A DNA stretch of 64,000 nt from Patescibacteria group bacterium (GCA_043803385.1 JAZDKA010000010.1:989-64988), one strand, 5' to 3'; counted from the first letter of the stretch, positions 1 through 10,654 are shown. Numbers and translations are program-made. Notes: generated from the letters alone by a model not told the origin.

Positions 1-117
1 ATCAATGGTATCATTTTGTCAACCTCCTTTTTGGCTTATTAGAGTATTAAATAGTTTTAAAACTCTATCAAACTTTAAAGGAGGAACTATTCTGTATAGC
101 AGAAAATCATATCGATG

Positions 118-1275
118 TCAAACGGCAATATTATTGATAACTTCCAGAAACTCTTCCGCGGTTTTTTGCCAGTTAAATTTTTGTGCTTGCTTCAAGCCCT
201 TTTCTCGAAGTTTATTTCTCAAGTTTTTATTTAAAAGTATTTCTTTCATCGCTTGGTAAATTTCATCCGGTTTTTCCGGATCGATTAAGATTCCCGCGTC
301 CCCCACTATTTCCGGAAGCGAAGAATTATTAGAAACTATAACCGGAACTCCGCAATTCATCGCTTCCAGCGGAGGAAATCCAAATCCTTCAAAAAATGAA
401 GGATAAACAAAAAGCGATGCCAGGTTGTATAAATAAGGCTTTTCATCCGCTTCTATGAATCCTAGTTCCAAAATGTCTTTTCTAAAAGGAGAACTTTCTA
501 TTTCTTCGAATATTTTTTTCTCTTTCCATCCCTTTGCTCCGGCGATTACAAGCTTAAATTTGTCCAAATCCTGATTTTTTAGCTTGCGAAGCTGGTTATA
601 AGCTTTGACTATACTGGCAATATTTTTTCTTGGTTCCATTGCTCCCAGAAAAAGAATGAAATAATAAGGAAGATTGTAGTTGTCTTTTATTTCCAAAAGT
701 CTCGTATTGTTCCTGTCTATTAATCCAAAACTTCCTGACGCGGCGCTATGAATGGCAGTTATTTTTTGAGGATTTACACCGTAATAAAAGCTCAAATCTT
801 TTTTTGTCGAATCCGAAACCGCTATTATTTTTGAGGCTTTTTGGCAAAGTTTTTTGGGATTAATAAGAAAGTGCCAAAGCCTTGTCTTCCAGGGAAAATA
901 TTCCGGAAATATTTCAAAAGAAAGGTCATGAACGGTTAAAATTAGCTTGGTTTTTTTGGAAAATGAGCCAAAGTTTATATTGGGCATCCAAAAAACATCA
1001 ACTCCTCTGATCAGACTGTCTATTTTGGGCCAGTTGAAATACCATACGAACAAATTGAAGAATTTATTGGGATAACGGAAACTTTTTATTCTGGCATTGG
1101 GATATTTTTTTATCCATTCAAGATCAAGGCTTTTCCCTTTCAGCGAATTTAAAAAAAGAACATATTCGTTCTCTTTGTCCAATTCGAAAATATTCGTCAG
1201 AAGATTCAAAGCATATTCCTCTACTCCTGTTTTTCTTCCCTCTTCCAAGCATCTGATATCAATCCCTATTTTCAT
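118..1275 (-). CDS. GT4 family glycosyltransferase (MtfB-like)
   Basis: N-terminal IGIDIR..GVEEY, TVHDL, and C-terminal EGFGFPPLEAM GT4 motif. Confidence 0.92.
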   Translation of the reverse strand: MKIGIDIRCLEEGRKTGVEEYALNLLTNIFELDKENEYVLFLNSLKGKSLDLEWIKKYPNARIKSFRYPNKFFNLFVWYFNWPKIDSLIRGVDVFWMPNINFGSFSKKTKLILTVHDLSFEIFPEYFPWKTRLWHFLINPKKLCQKASKIIAVSDSTKKDLSFYYGVNPQKITAIHSAASGSFGLIDRNNTRLLEIKDNYNLPYYFILFLGAMEPRKNIASIVKAYNQLRKLKNQDLDKFKLVIAGAKGWKEKKIFEEIESSPFRKDILELGFIEADEKPYLYNLASLFVYPSFFEGFGFPPLEAMNCGVPVIVSNNSSLPEIVGDAGILIDPEKPDEIYQAMKEILLNKNLRNKLREKGLKQAQKFNWQKTAEEFLEVINNIAV

Positions 1276-1294
1276 AACTCCTTATATCAGTTAT

Positions 1295-1915
1295 CTATTC
1301 CCTAGTCAAATAATGCTTGATTAGCACTGTCCAAATTCCAAGAAAAATTCCGATTACGGCTGATATTGACAAAACATTTTTCCAAGGAATTTTATTCTCT
1401 TTTATTACTGGTTCTTCTCCGATAACCCTAAACCAGTTGTCTTCTTTTTGGGATTCATTAAGTTTTTTGGCTTCTCGGTTAATAATTTTGGAAACTGATT
1501 CGGAAATGTCCTGGGCCAGCCTCACATTTGCAGTGTTGAATTTTAGCTCAACAGTTTGCGAAGATACCCTCTTTACTTTGAAAATCTTTGAAAGGTCTCT
1601 GATTCCAATATCTCCTGAAGGTATTCCTGTTTCCGTGTATATGTCCGTTACTATTCTGGGAGATTCAAGCCATCTCACGACCGTATCGGCAAATCTTTCA
1701 TCAGCCTGGAGGCGATAGAAATCATCATAGCGATAATCAGGAGTGCTTTGAATTCCCGAGCGGGTGATGTTTATAAGCAAATAAACCTGATAATCAATTG
1801 GCTTTGAATTTTTATAGGCCTTATATCCCGCTCCCGCGCCAACAATAATAAAAACTGTTATCAGAAACAAAAAAATATTTTTCCAGAAAATTTTTAGATA
1901 GTTTTTTAAGTCCAT
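1295..1915 (-). CDS. Wzz/YveK-like polysaccharide chain-length or capsular biosynthesis membrane protein
   Basis: MDLKNYLKIFWKN start, TM helices at both ends around a soluble loop, lies between two glycosyltransferases. Confidence 0.65.
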   Translation of the reverse strand: MDLKNYLKIFWKNIFLFLITVFIIVGAGAGYKAYKNSKPIDYQVYLLINITRSGIQSTPDYRYDDFYRLQADERFADTVVRWLESPRIVTDIYTETGIPSGDIGIRDLSKIFKVKRVSSQTVELKFNTANVRLAQDISESVSKIINREAKKLNESQKEDNWFRVIGEEPVIKENKIPWKNVLSISAVIGIFLGIWTVLIKHYLTRE

Positions 1916-1920
1916 AAAAT

Positions 1921-3015
1921 TTATAATTTAAAATTTTCTAACTCTCTCTCAACGTACTCCTTTATTTTACCTTTAAATATTTCCTTGTCAAATCGCAATG
2001 ATTTTGATCTAATATAGTTTTTGTCAAAATTAGCGCTATTGAATTTTTTTACTGCCTTAATGATGTCTTCTGGCGTTTGTTTTTCGAAAAATATTCCCAT
2101 TTTTTCATCCATATGCTCCGGGATGTCTCCGCCCCGAAAAGCAATAACAGGCCTTCCTGACGCGAAAGCTTCAATAGCGACAATTCCAAAATCTTCCTCT
2201 TGGGGAAAAACAAAGGCTTGGCACTCGGAATAATATTTAGCGAGTTCTTCGTCCGGAATTCTGTTCAGAAATTCAATATTGGATGTTGCCATTTTTTTAA
2301 GCCGTTTCATTTCTGGCCCTCTCCCAATTATTTTAAGAGGCAACCCCAATTTATTAAAAGCTTCAATAGCGGTATCGTGGCGCTTGTAGGCGATCAGCCT
2401 TCCCACCATCAAGAAATAGCCTTTTTGGTTTTCGCTCACGTAAAAGTTATTTATTGAAACTGGAGGATTAATCACTTCAGAATTTTTTCCGTAATATTTT
2501 TTGATTCTCTTGGCAACAAAATTAGAGTTGGCAATAAATTTATCTACCCGGTCAGCGCTTAATTTGTCCCAAAGTCGGATATAATTCATGAAATAAGGAA
2601 TAACTTTTTTGATTAAATGGGGAAATCCGAAATCAGCGGTATATTTCTGGCAATCGTCCCAGGCATAGCGCATCGGCGTGTGCATATAACAGATATGGAG
2701 AGTTTCCGGACCGGTGATGATTCCTTTGGCATAGCTTGATGAATCCGAAAGCACAACGTCATATTTGGAAAAATCAAATTGTTCAACCGCTGAAGGCATT
2801 AGGGGCGGAAACAATCTGTGCTGCTTGCTGGCAAAGGGAATTTTTTGAAGATAGGATGTCCGGATATCTTTCCCTCCAAAAACTCCATGCATTGCTTCTT
2901 TATCGTAAACTAGAGTATAGATCGGCGCATAAGGGAAGAGCTCCGAAAAGCATTCCAGCACTCTTTCCGCGCCTCCATATTGGACTAAATAATCATGGAC
3001 TAAAGCAATACGCAT
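1921..3015 (-). CDS. GT4 family glycosyltransferase (WbaZ-like)
   Basis: MRIALVHDYL..GGAERV, HTPMRYAWD, EDFGIVAIEA; start moved to ATG at 3015 to avoid overlap with the upstream gene. Confidence 0.92.
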   Translation of the reverse strand: MRIALVHDYLVQYGGAERVLECFSELFPYAPIYTLVYDKEAMHGVFGGKDIRTSYLQKIPFASKQHRLFPPLMPSAVEQFDFSKYDVVLSDSSSYAKGIITGPETLHICYMHTPMRYAWDDCQKYTADFGFPHLIKKVIPYFMNYIRLWDKLSADRVDKFIANSNFVAKRIKKYYGKNSEVINPPVSINNFYVSENQKGYFLMVGRLIAYKRHDTAIEAFNKLGLPLKIIGRGPEMKRLKKMATSNIEFLNRIPDEELAKYYSECQAFVFPQEEDFGIVAIEAFASGRPVIAFRGGDIPEHMDEKMGIFFEKQTPEDIIKAVKKFNSANFDKNYIRSKSLRFDKEIFKGKIKEYVERELENFKL

Positions 3016-3019
3016 AATT

Positions 3020-3937
3020 TTATGATAATCCGACAATTATCGCTCCGGCTACCATTATAACGGTCGCAATCAGTTTTTTTAAAATATTTGTTCTCTCTTT
3101 GAAATAAATAAAACCTATCAAAAATGCAAATACCGGCATAGTTCTTTTAATGGCAATTACGTATGAAACTGGGGCATATTTCAGGGCTGTATTAATGCTT
3201 ACGATTTGAATCGCTATGGCTATTCCAGCTAATAAAATCGCTATAATAAAATTTCTTTTCTCATTATTTTTAAAATTATTTAAAGCATTCTTTATTTTTT
3301 CAGAATCTTTAAATAGATATATTAGCAACATAAAAGAAATTCCGCAGAGGAAATTTACGAGAGCTGAAACCAAAACTGGAGATCCCGCTAAAACAGCTAC
3401 TTTTGTCATTGGAGTAGAAAATGTCCAGCATACGGCAGTTATTATAAATAATAATTTTCCCTTCCGATTGTTTTTAATCTTTTCTTTATCTGAATTATCG
3501 TTATTACTATTCCTTTTTCTATAATCAATTAAAATTGCTCCCGCTATCACTAAAATTATTCCAGCTATTGCCTGAAATGAAGGTATTTCTTTGAACAAAA
3601 AAATTGGGGGAATTATTACCGACAGAGATATGAAAGCAAAAAACGGCATTAAATAACTAAGTTCTGTAAGATCCAAAGCTTTATACAGGGAATAATTTGC
3701 AATAACATTTAAAATTACAGTTGCGATAACTCCCTCCCAAAATTTAAAATTATCCTTGATTAGAAAAGAGTTTTCGTTGATTGTTAAAAGAACGACTGCT
3801 CCCAAAATTAACCCCGCAAAAGTAAACGCTAAAAATCCGATAAAATTATTCATCCCCTTCACTTGCAAAGCTTTCTTCTTGATTGCCATTTCCGTGGCTT
3901 GCGTGAAAGCTCCAATTATTGAATACAAGATCCACAT
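3020..3937 (-). CDS. EamA/DMT family transporter
   Basis: About 10 hydrophobic helices in two repeats with LFKE and YFKE motifs. Confidence 0.85.
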   Translation of the reverse strand: MWILYSIIGAFTQATEMAIKKKALQVKGMNNFIGFLAFTFAGLILGAVVLLTINENSFLIKDNFKFWEGVIATVILNVIANYSLYKALDLTELSYLMPFFAFISLSVIIPPIFLFKEIPSFQAIAGIILVIAGAILIDYRKRNSNNDNSDKEKIKNNRKGKLLFIITAVCWTFSTPMTKVAVLAGSPVLVSALVNFLCGISFMLLIYLFKDSEKIKNALNNFKNNEKRNFIIAILLAGIAIAIQIVSINTALKYAPVSYVIAIKRTMPVFAFLIGFIYFKERTNILKKLIATVIMVAGAIIVGLS

Positions 3938-3941
3938 AAGT

Positions 3942-5645
3942 TTAATTTATTTTTAAATCAACTATCTTTAACTGGATTTTTTTGTTTCCATTCCAGTTGT
4001 CTTCGGAAATATTGAAAACGATATCGATTTTATCGCCCGTTTTCAAGCGGCTAAAGCCGTTGGTAAGATTAAAGCCGATGGCTTCAAATATTTTTGGCGT
4101 GCCATCTTGCGCTTTAAGCAATAATTTCAAATGTTTTTCGCCGCTTCCCACCTTCGTTAAATTTTCCACTAACAAATTTTTCATCAAAAACACCGGTTCT
4201 TCGTTTCCCTCTCCGAACGGTTCAAATTTTTTAAGCTGGTCCGTTAGTTCAAAATCCAAATCTTTGGGAAATATTTCCGAATCTATTTCCAGATACAAGC
4301 TTAAATCCTTTCCTGCTAGCTCTTTATTGATAACTTCCGAAAGTTTTTCGAAAAATTTATCCAAGTTTTCGTTCTTTATTGTGATTCCGGCCGCTTGGCT
4401 GTGCCCGCCGAACTTAACCAAAAATTTCGAGCATTTCTCGATAGCCTTAATAATATTAACTTGCGGAATGCTTCGAAATGATCCTTGCCCGATTTTTTCG
4501 CCTTTGTTTATTATCGCTACCGGCTTATTGAATTCGTCGGAAATTTTTCCGGCCGCCAGACCCACTATTCCAATCGGAAAATGCCCGGATACCGCGAAAA
4601 TAAAATTTTTGTCCTTAAACATATTTTCCGACACCATTCTTACTTCATTCACGATCTGCTCCGTTGCTTTTTGGCGCGCTTGATTATTTCCTTCTAATTC
4701 CAAGGCCAATTCTCTGGCCCGCGCTTGATCAGTTTCCATTATTAAATTAAAAGCGCTGTTGGCATGGTCCATTCTTCCGGCCGCGTTGATTCTGGGAGCA
4801 ATTTGAAACGAAATTTTTCTTGTGTCAGGAAAATTGTTTTCATCAATTTTGAGGCGGGCTACTTCAAAAAGCTCAAGAAGCCCTTTTCTTCTGGTTTTAG
4901 AAAGCACTATCAGCCCAAATTTTGCTATAATCCTGTTTTCTTCCACAAGCGGAACGCAATCAGCCACTGTTCCAATGGCGGCTAAATCCAGGATCCACTT
5001 CAGCTGTTCTGTCTCGCTTGGAAAAAATTCTCCATAGAGAGCTTCAATAAATTTGAAAACCACGCCTACGCCGGCAAGCTTTTGAAAAGGATAACCTGAT
5101 TTTTTAAGGTTGGGATTTATTATTGCCAAAGCTTCCGGAATATTTTCCGGGACATAATGATGGTCGGTGATAATTACATCCATTCCGTATTCCTTCGCTT
5201 TTTTTGCTTCTTCTATATTGGTAATTCCGCAATCGACAGTGATAATTAATTTCACATTCTGCTCTTTGAATTCTTCTATGGCTTTAAGATTCATTCCATA
5301 TCCCTCCAGCTTCTTGTCAGGAATATAAACGATGGTTTTTATTCCTATTTTTTCCAGAGCTTCCTTAAGAATGGCCGAAGCAGTAACGCCGTCAGCGTCA
5401 TAATCTCCAAAAATAGCCGTCAGCTCATTATTTTCCTTAGCTTTTTTTGTTCTTTCGACAACTTTTTTCATTTCGGAAAATAAAAAGGGGTCAAGAAGCC
5501 CTTTTTCATAATTTGGATAAAGAAAACCGTTTATTTTTTCTTCACTGTCAAAACCTCGGTTGAAAAGTATCTGCAAGGCTATTGGATGAAGGTTTGGCAA
5601 TTCAATATTTTCTACTCTAGTTTTTTCTTTAAGTTTCCAATTCAT
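3942..5645 (-). CDS. recJ: ssDNA exonuclease RecJ
   Basis: GDYDADG, TVDCGI, TDHH, PRINAAGR, GGHSQAAG, EPFGEGN motifs. Confidence 0.97.
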   Translation of the reverse strand: MNWKLKEKTRVENIELPNLHPIALQILFNRGFDSEEKINGFLYPNYEKGLLDPFLFSEMKKVVERTKKAKENNELTAIFGDYDADGVTASAILKEALEKIGIKTIVYIPDKKLEGYGMNLKAIEEFKEQNVKLIITVDCGITNIEEAKKAKEYGMDVIITDHHYVPENIPEALAIINPNLKKSGYPFQKLAGVGVVFKFIEALYGEFFPSETEQLKWILDLAAIGTVADCVPLVEENRIIAKFGLIVLSKTRRKGLLELFEVARLKIDENNFPDTRKISFQIAPRINAAGRMDHANSAFNLIMETDQARARELALELEGNNQARQKATEQIVNEVRMVSENMFKDKNFIFAVSGHFPIGIVGLAAGKISDEFNKPVAIINKGEKIGQGSFRSIPQVNIIKAIEKCSKFLVKFGGHSQAAGITIKNENLDKFFEKLSEVINKELAGKDLSLYLEIDSEIFPKDLDFELTDQLKKFEPFGEGNEEPVFLMKNLLVENLTKVGSGEKHLKLLLKAQDGTPKIFEAIGFNLTNGFSRLKTGDKIDIVFNISEDNWNGNKKIQLKIVDLKIN

Positions 5646-5651
5646 AATAAA

Positions 5652-6224
5652 TCATTTCACCTGCCATCCGCAGGAAGGACAGATTAAATAGGCTTCCATC
5701 CCTTCTTCTTTCTTGTTTCCGGTTATAATTTTAAGAATTAGTTCATCATCGCATTCAAGGCATTGAAATTTGTTGTTGAGCCCCCGATCCTGGGCAAGCT
5801 TTTGCGCGTCAAGCGAGTATTTGTTCAGCTCAAGCCGGTATTCTTTTTCTCCCAAAAACAATGATTTCACTTTTTCTACCACTTCTTTAGGTGATGTAAA
5901 TCCTCTCACTACAAAATATTTTGCTCCTAAAACATTGGCTCTTTGCCTGTCTTCCTCTCTTCCCATATGCGACGATATTATTACCGGTATATTAGCAGTA
6001 GCTAAATTTTTCTTCAAAGCTTCCATCATGGAAAAACCGTCCATTCTGGGCATTATTATTCCAGTGAAGATAACATCAGGAGATTCCGTAGTGGCTTTAT
6101 CCAGTCCTTCGACTCCATCCCCAGCTTCAGTAACCTGAAAGCCAGCATTCTTAAAAACATCGGCATACATTTCTCGCGTTGGCACATCATCGTCAACAAA
6201 CAGTATTTTTATTTTTTTATCCAT
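5652..6224 (-). CDS. Atypical response-regulator receiver domain with C-terminal zinc ribbon
   Basis: ILFVDDD and MPRMDG receiver fold; phospho-Asp position reads FTGIIMP; C-terminal CLEC...CPSC. Confidence 0.8.
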   Translation of the reverse strand: MDKKIKILFVDDDVPTREMYADVFKNAGFQVTEAGDGVEGLDKATTESPDVIFTGIIMPRMDGFSMMEALKKNLATANIPVIISSHMGREEDRQRANVLGAKYFVVRGFTSPKEVVEKVKSLFLGEKEYRLELNKYSLDAQKLAQDRGLNNKFQCLECDDELILKIITGNKKEEGMEAYLICPSCGWQVK

Positions 6225-6236
6225 GTTTTTGAAAAA

Positions 6237-8342
6237 TTAAATGATTATCTTGACATCGACGGCGATTGCCGGATTGTTATCATTATAAATGAGCATTGGA
6301 TTAATATCAAATTCCTTGATTCCGCCAATTTCCCCCGCCAGCATTGATAATTTTAACAGGATTTCCGAAATCTCTTCAAGGTTATATGGGTTTTGTCCGC
6401 GGTTCCCTTGGAATAAAAATCTTATCGGGCTTTTTAGAATAATATTTTTTATTTCATTCAAGCTGGCCGGAGGCAAAATAAAATCAACCATTTTGAAAAC
6501 TTCAGTATAAATTCCTCCCAGCCCGAACATCACCGCCGGGCCGGCTGTTTCATCTTTTTTTATTCCCAAAATCAGCTCTGTTTTTATTTCCTTCATCGGC
6601 TGGATAATAATATTTTCCTTGGGAAAATTTTCCGCCATTTTTTGGTAGGCTTTCCTGAAATCATCCTCATTTTTGATGTTTAAAATAACCCCTTCCCTAT
6701 CGGTTTTATGGAGCACTTTGTCACTATCTACTTTCATTACCATCGGGAAATCGATTCCCAACTCCTTTTCTGTATTAATTTCTTGGAATTCCACGGTGCT
6801 TATTTCATAAATATCCATAATTTCTTTTGTTTCCCGGAAATATAAAGCGCTTCTTCCTTCGGACTTTGCCCTTTTGATAATATCACCGGTTTTAACTATT
6901 CTATCACTGTCAAGTTCCACTGGATTTTTGCTGATTTCTACTTTGTTCCTATTAATTTCCCACTCATAATATTTATCCAAGGCATTTATGGCGTCATCGG
7001 GAAAAATATAATTGGGAATTTCGCTTTCTTTCAAATACTCTACCGATTTCTCTATTTTCTTTCCTCCCAAAAACGCCGCAACGATTGTTTTCTTGGTTTT
7101 GTTTTTGAATTCTGCTATTTTTTTGGCAATTTTTTCAGAAGGGGTGTTTTCCTGCGGGGTAAGAATGGTAATTATTGATCCGGCATCTTCTTTGCCAATT
7201 TCTTCCAGTGTTTTTTCGTAGCGTTCTTCCCCGGCATCTCCCAAGAGGTCAATAGGATTTTCCAGCGATGACTCTTGAGGTAAAAATTTCCGCAGTTTAT
7301 TTTTTGTTTCTTCATTTATTTCAGCTAGTTTTATTTCTTTTCCCCTAAAAGCATCGGTAGCAAGGACTCCGGGTCCTCCGGCATTGGTAATAACAACCGT
7401 TTTTTCATTAAGAGGAGCGTCTGTTAATGAAATTAGCTTAACTATGTCAAAAAAATCTTCCAATGTTTCAATTTCAATTATTCCCGTCTTTTTAAAAAGC
7501 GCTTTTATTATTTCTTGGCTTCCGGCCAAAGCTCCAGTATGCAATGAAATGGCTTTCAAAGATTTTTCAGTTTTTCCGGCTTTGAGAACCACGACCGGTT
7601 TTGATTTCGATACTTTTTTCGCGATTTCCTTGAATTTTACCCCATCTTTTATCCCTTCAAGATACATTCCAATTATTTTAGTTTCAGGATCTTTTTCCAA
7701 GTATTCCAATAAATCATTTTCGCCGATATCCATTTTGTTCCCGACGGAGATGATATTGGAAAATCCAACATTGTCTTGGGAGGCAATATCCAGAAGAGCG
7801 CTGATGATGGCTCCTGATTGGGAAATAAGGGAAATATTTCCGGCTTTTGGCATTCCCCCGGCAAAGGAAGCGTTCAATTTTAATCTTGGAATAATGAAAC
7901 CCAGGCAATTTGGGCCCAGGATATTCAAATCTTTTGCTTTGGCAATTTCCAAAAGTTCTTCTTCCCGATTTTCTCCTTCTTCTCCTATCTCGGAAAATCC
8001 GGCGGAAATTATAACAAAATTTCTCGCCCCCACACCAAAATGGTTCAAAGATAAATCTTTGGTGTGGGGGTGAACCTTATTTGAGGCATTTTTAACCACT
8101 TCCAAAACGAATTTAGCAGGTATGGCGATTATAGCCAAATCAACCTGCTCCTTGATTGCTTCAAGGTTGGGATAGCAGTCTTGGCCCGAAAGTTTTTCAT
8201 GCTTAGGATTTACCAAAAAAACCTTGCCCTCATAACCAAGATTCAAAAGATTATTCACAATCGCCGTTCCTACTTTCCCCTCTTCGTCCGTCGCGCCGAC
8301 AATGGCGATTGACTGGGGATTAAATAATTTTTCCAGTTCCAT
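6237..8342 (-). CDS. Acetate--CoA ligase (ADP-forming), fused alpha/beta
   Basis: LFNPQSIAIVGA, GPNCLG, SQSG, HTGALAG (phospho-His), TNAGGPG, NPIDLLGDA, ATP-grasp HKTD and DINP. Confidence 0.93.
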   Translation of the reverse strand: MELEKLFNPQSIAIVGATDEEGKVGTAIVNNLLNLGYEGKVFLVNPKHEKLSGQDCYPNLEAIKEQVDLAIIAIPAKFVLEVVKNASNKVHPHTKDLSLNHFGVGARNFVIISAGFSEIGEEGENREEELLEIAKAKDLNILGPNCLGFIIPRLKLNASFAGGMPKAGNISLISQSGAIISALLDIASQDNVGFSNIISVGNKMDIGENDLLEYLEKDPETKIIGMYLEGIKDGVKFKEIAKKVSKSKPVVVLKAGKTEKSLKAISLHTGALAGSQEIIKALFKKTGIIEIETLEDFFDIVKLISLTDAPLNEKTVVITNAGGPGVLATDAFRGKEIKLAEINEETKNKLRKFLPQESSLENPIDLLGDAGEERYEKTLEEIGKEDAGSIITILTPQENTPSEKIAKKIAEFKNKTKKTIVAAFLGGKKIEKSVEYLKESEIPNYIFPDDAINALDKYYEWEINRNKVEISKNPVELDSDRIVKTGDIIKRAKSEGRSALYFRETKEIMDIYEISTVEFQEINTEKELGIDFPMVMKVDSDKVLHKTDREGVILNIKNEDDFRKAYQKMAENFPKENIIIQPMKEIKTELILGIKKDETAGPAVMFGLGGIYTEVFKMVDFILPPASLNEIKNIILKSPIRFLFQGNRGQNPYNLEEISEILLKLSMLAGEIGGIKEFDINPMLIYNDNNPAIAVDVKIII
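8027..8070. repeat. In-frame palindromic element (13-bp arms) inside the acetate-CoA ligase gene
   Basis: CCCCCACACCAAA-N18-TTTGGTGTGGGGG, translated as HPHTKDLSLNHFGVG. Confidence 0.85.
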
Positions 8343-8409
8343 AGTATATATTATACATCAAAAAATAAAAAATATCACACCAACGATAAGGAACAGAATA
8401 TGTAAATTA

Positions 8410-8441
8410 ATTACACCCACATACTAGTATGTGGGTGTAAT
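8410..8441. repeat. Perfect 32-bp palindrome
   Basis: ATTACACCCACATACT/AGTATGTGGGTGTAAT. Confidence 0.9.
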
Positions 8442-8537
8442 GATTCATAATGATTATAAAAAGATAATTTACAAAAATTAAAAGGTGATAGAGGGACTAG
8501 TATTACTTGTCCATATCACCTTTGCGATCTTCCCGTG

Positions 8538-8795
8538 CTATTGACCTTGAACAACGAGACGATAAGTTTTAACTTCTATCCCATTGTTTGCGAGCTGAAA
8601 TAGTATACCATCAGCTTTTTGCATTGCCAATATCTCGTTTTCTGAAGGAAATGAGAAATAAATATTAGGGATGCAATCTATCGGCTCACATAAAAATGGC
8701 TTCGGATCGACTCCTGAAATCTTTCTCTTTATCTCTCTTCTGCTTCTTTCTTTGTCAACAGCTACTTCTAAAATGCAACGTAGAATCCAATTCAT
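8538..8795 (-). CDS. Hypothetical protein
   Basis: AAGGAGG SD before the ATG; downstream hairpin AAAGGTGATA/TATCACCTTT at about 8481-8523. Confidence 0.7.
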   Translation of the reverse strand: MNWILRCILEVAVDKERSRREIKRKISGVDPKPFLCEPIDCIPNIYFSFPSENEILAMQKADGILFQLANNGIEVKTYRLVVQGQ

Positions 8796-8837
8796 CCGTT
8801 CCTCCTTTATTTAGTTTATTGTAAGACTGCATTTAAA

Positions 8838-9941
8838 CTAATCCAAACTCTTTAATTTCTCTATAATCTCTTTTTGCTCCCTTGTCAAATGTTTTGGGAT
8901 TTTGACGATAATTTTGACCAAGTGGTCGCCTCGGCCGCGCCGGTCTAAAAACGGCACGCCTTCGTCTTTGATTTTAAAAATTTCTCCTGATTGGGTTCCG
9001 GCGGGGACTTTCATCTTTAGCATTCCATTTATTGTGTCAATATCAATTTTATCTCCCAGAACCGCTTGGGAAAAGGTGATATGTTCACTGGAAATAATAT
9101 TATTTTTCTCTCTTTTAAATTTCAGATGGGGAATGACATGGATATTGACATACAAATTTCCGCTGGGCGCGCCTTTTTCTCCGGCTTCTCCCCGTTCTTC
9201 AAGCGATAGCGTTTGCCCATCCTGAATCCCAGCCGGAATATCAATTTCAATTCTCTCTTCTTCTTTTACTCTGCCATCGCCTCCGCACCTGTGGCATTTG
9301 TCAGAATTGATTTCTCCCGCTCCTTGGCAAGTCGGACAAGTTGAAACTTGAGAAAAACTTCCAAAAAAGCTTTGCATTGTTTTTCGAACTTGTCCGCTTC
9401 CATGGCAAGCCGGGCAAGTTTCTTTTTTGGCTCCCGGTTCTCCTCCGGTTCCGTGGCATCGGCCGCAAACCGCATTTTTATATAAATTAATAATTTTTGA
9501 GGCGCCCCTGACCATTTCTTCGAAAGTAATTTCTATGTCAATCTGAATATCTTTTCCGGGTTTTTTTCTGGTTTTTCTCCTGTTTCCGAAATTTCCGCCA
9601 AAAATATCAGAAAAAATATCATCGAAACCGATGTCTTGAAAATCCCAGCCTCCAGTTGGTCCGCCTTGGTTTTGATTAAATCCTTGGAATCCAGAAAAAT
9701 CGAAGCCTCCAAAACCGCCTGCTTGCCCGGCTTCAAAAGTCTGGCCGAATTGGTCGTATTGCTGGCGTTTCGCCTTGTCGGAAAGCACTTGATAAACAGC
9801 GTTTATTTCCTTGAATTTCTTTTCATCCCCGCCTGATTTGTCAGGATGATGCTTATGCGCCAGTTTCCGATAAGCCTTTTTTATCTCGTCATCCGACGCA
9901 GTCTTCGAAACGCCTAATATGTCATAATAGCTAGTAGCCAT
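8838..9941 (-). CDS. dnaJ: Chaperone DnaJ
   Basis: J domain HPD, G/F-rich region, four CxxCxGxG repeats. Confidence 0.98.
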   Translation of the reverse strand: MATSYYDILGVSKTASDDEIKKAYRKLAHKHHPDKSGGDEKKFKEINAVYQVLSDKAKRQQYDQFGQTFEAGQAGGFGGFDFSGFQGFNQNQGGPTGGWDFQDIGFDDIFSDIFGGNFGNRRKTRKKPGKDIQIDIEITFEEMVRGASKIINLYKNAVCGRCHGTGGEPGAKKETCPACHGSGQVRKTMQSFFGSFSQVSTCPTCQGAGEINSDKCHRCGGDGRVKEEERIEIDIPAGIQDGQTLSLEERGEAGEKGAPSGNLYVNIHVIPHLKFKREKNNIISSEHITFSQAVLGDKIDIDTINGMLKMKVPAGTQSGEIFKIKDEGVPFLDRRGRGDHLVKIIVKIPKHLTREQKEIIEKLKSLD

Positions 9942-9969
9942 AAAAATATATTATCATAACAAATAAAAA

Positions 9970-9996
9970 TTAGCAATCCCAACCGGCGAGTGCTAA
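9970..9996. promoter_or_regulatory. CIRCE element (HrcA operator) upstream of dnaJ
   Basis: TTAGCAATC-N9-GAGTGCTAA, one mismatch to the consensus. Confidence 0.92.
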
Positions 9997-10057
9997 TTGG
10001 TAGATCGGCAAATAAAATAATGAAGGTGCCCGTACGCAGACGACCACCTTCTTTGTT

Positions 10058-10480
10058 TTACCTTATAAGATTTTTCATTGCCTTTCTTGCAAAAGAAACC
10101 ACTTCTTTTCTTTTTTCGTGTTTATGCTCTTCTAAAATATCCGTTATGTCTATTAGTACATCGCCTATTTTCATACATTTATATATGTAATCTAAAAAGG
10201 CTTCTTCCTCTGTTAGCTCTCCTTTTATGCAGCTCTTGTAACATTCGAAGGACATTATAATAACATACCTTTCAAATGATTTAGGTACCTCCTCGGTGAA
10301 TGGGGAAAATTCTTCTCCCTCTTTATAAAACCCGTATTTATCACCGATTTTTATAAGGATTATTTTTTCCTTAATACTTCCGAGTTTTGAAAAAAACTCA
10401 TCCGATTCCCCTCTTAAATAATCTCTAAGCCAATCCAGCTCTTCTTTTCTGGTTTTGGGTTTTCTTCTTAATGCTATCAT
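10058..10480 (-). CDS. Hypothetical protein
   Basis: GGGAGG SD before ATG at 10480; TTGACA upstream; hairpin downstream. Confidence 0.7.
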   Translation of the reverse strand: MIALRRKPKTRKEELDWLRDYLRGESDEFFSKLGSIKEKIILIKIGDKYGFYKEGEEFSPFTEEVPKSFERYVIIMSFECYKSCIKGELTEEEAFLDYIYKCMKIGDVLIDITDILEEHKHEKRKEVVSFARKAMKNLIR

Positions 10481-10654
10481 GATACCCTCCCGCAAATTTA
10501 TTTTAATTTATTTTAAAAAAACTTTCCTCCAATATCTATATTCATATCTATATCATCCCATTAAATTAATGTCAAAATTTAAAAAGCTTGCCCTGCAGCA
10601 AGCTTCTTGTCCTGTAGTCAACTTGTTGTACTACCGGGATGCTTTGCTACAGGG

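Noticed and set aside
3982-8073. Long plus-strand ORFs (3982-4683, 7384-8073) and similar ones elsewhere such as 42263-42940
   Set aside because: Antisense shadows of well-supported genes, with Ser/Phe/Ile-rich sequence and no motifs
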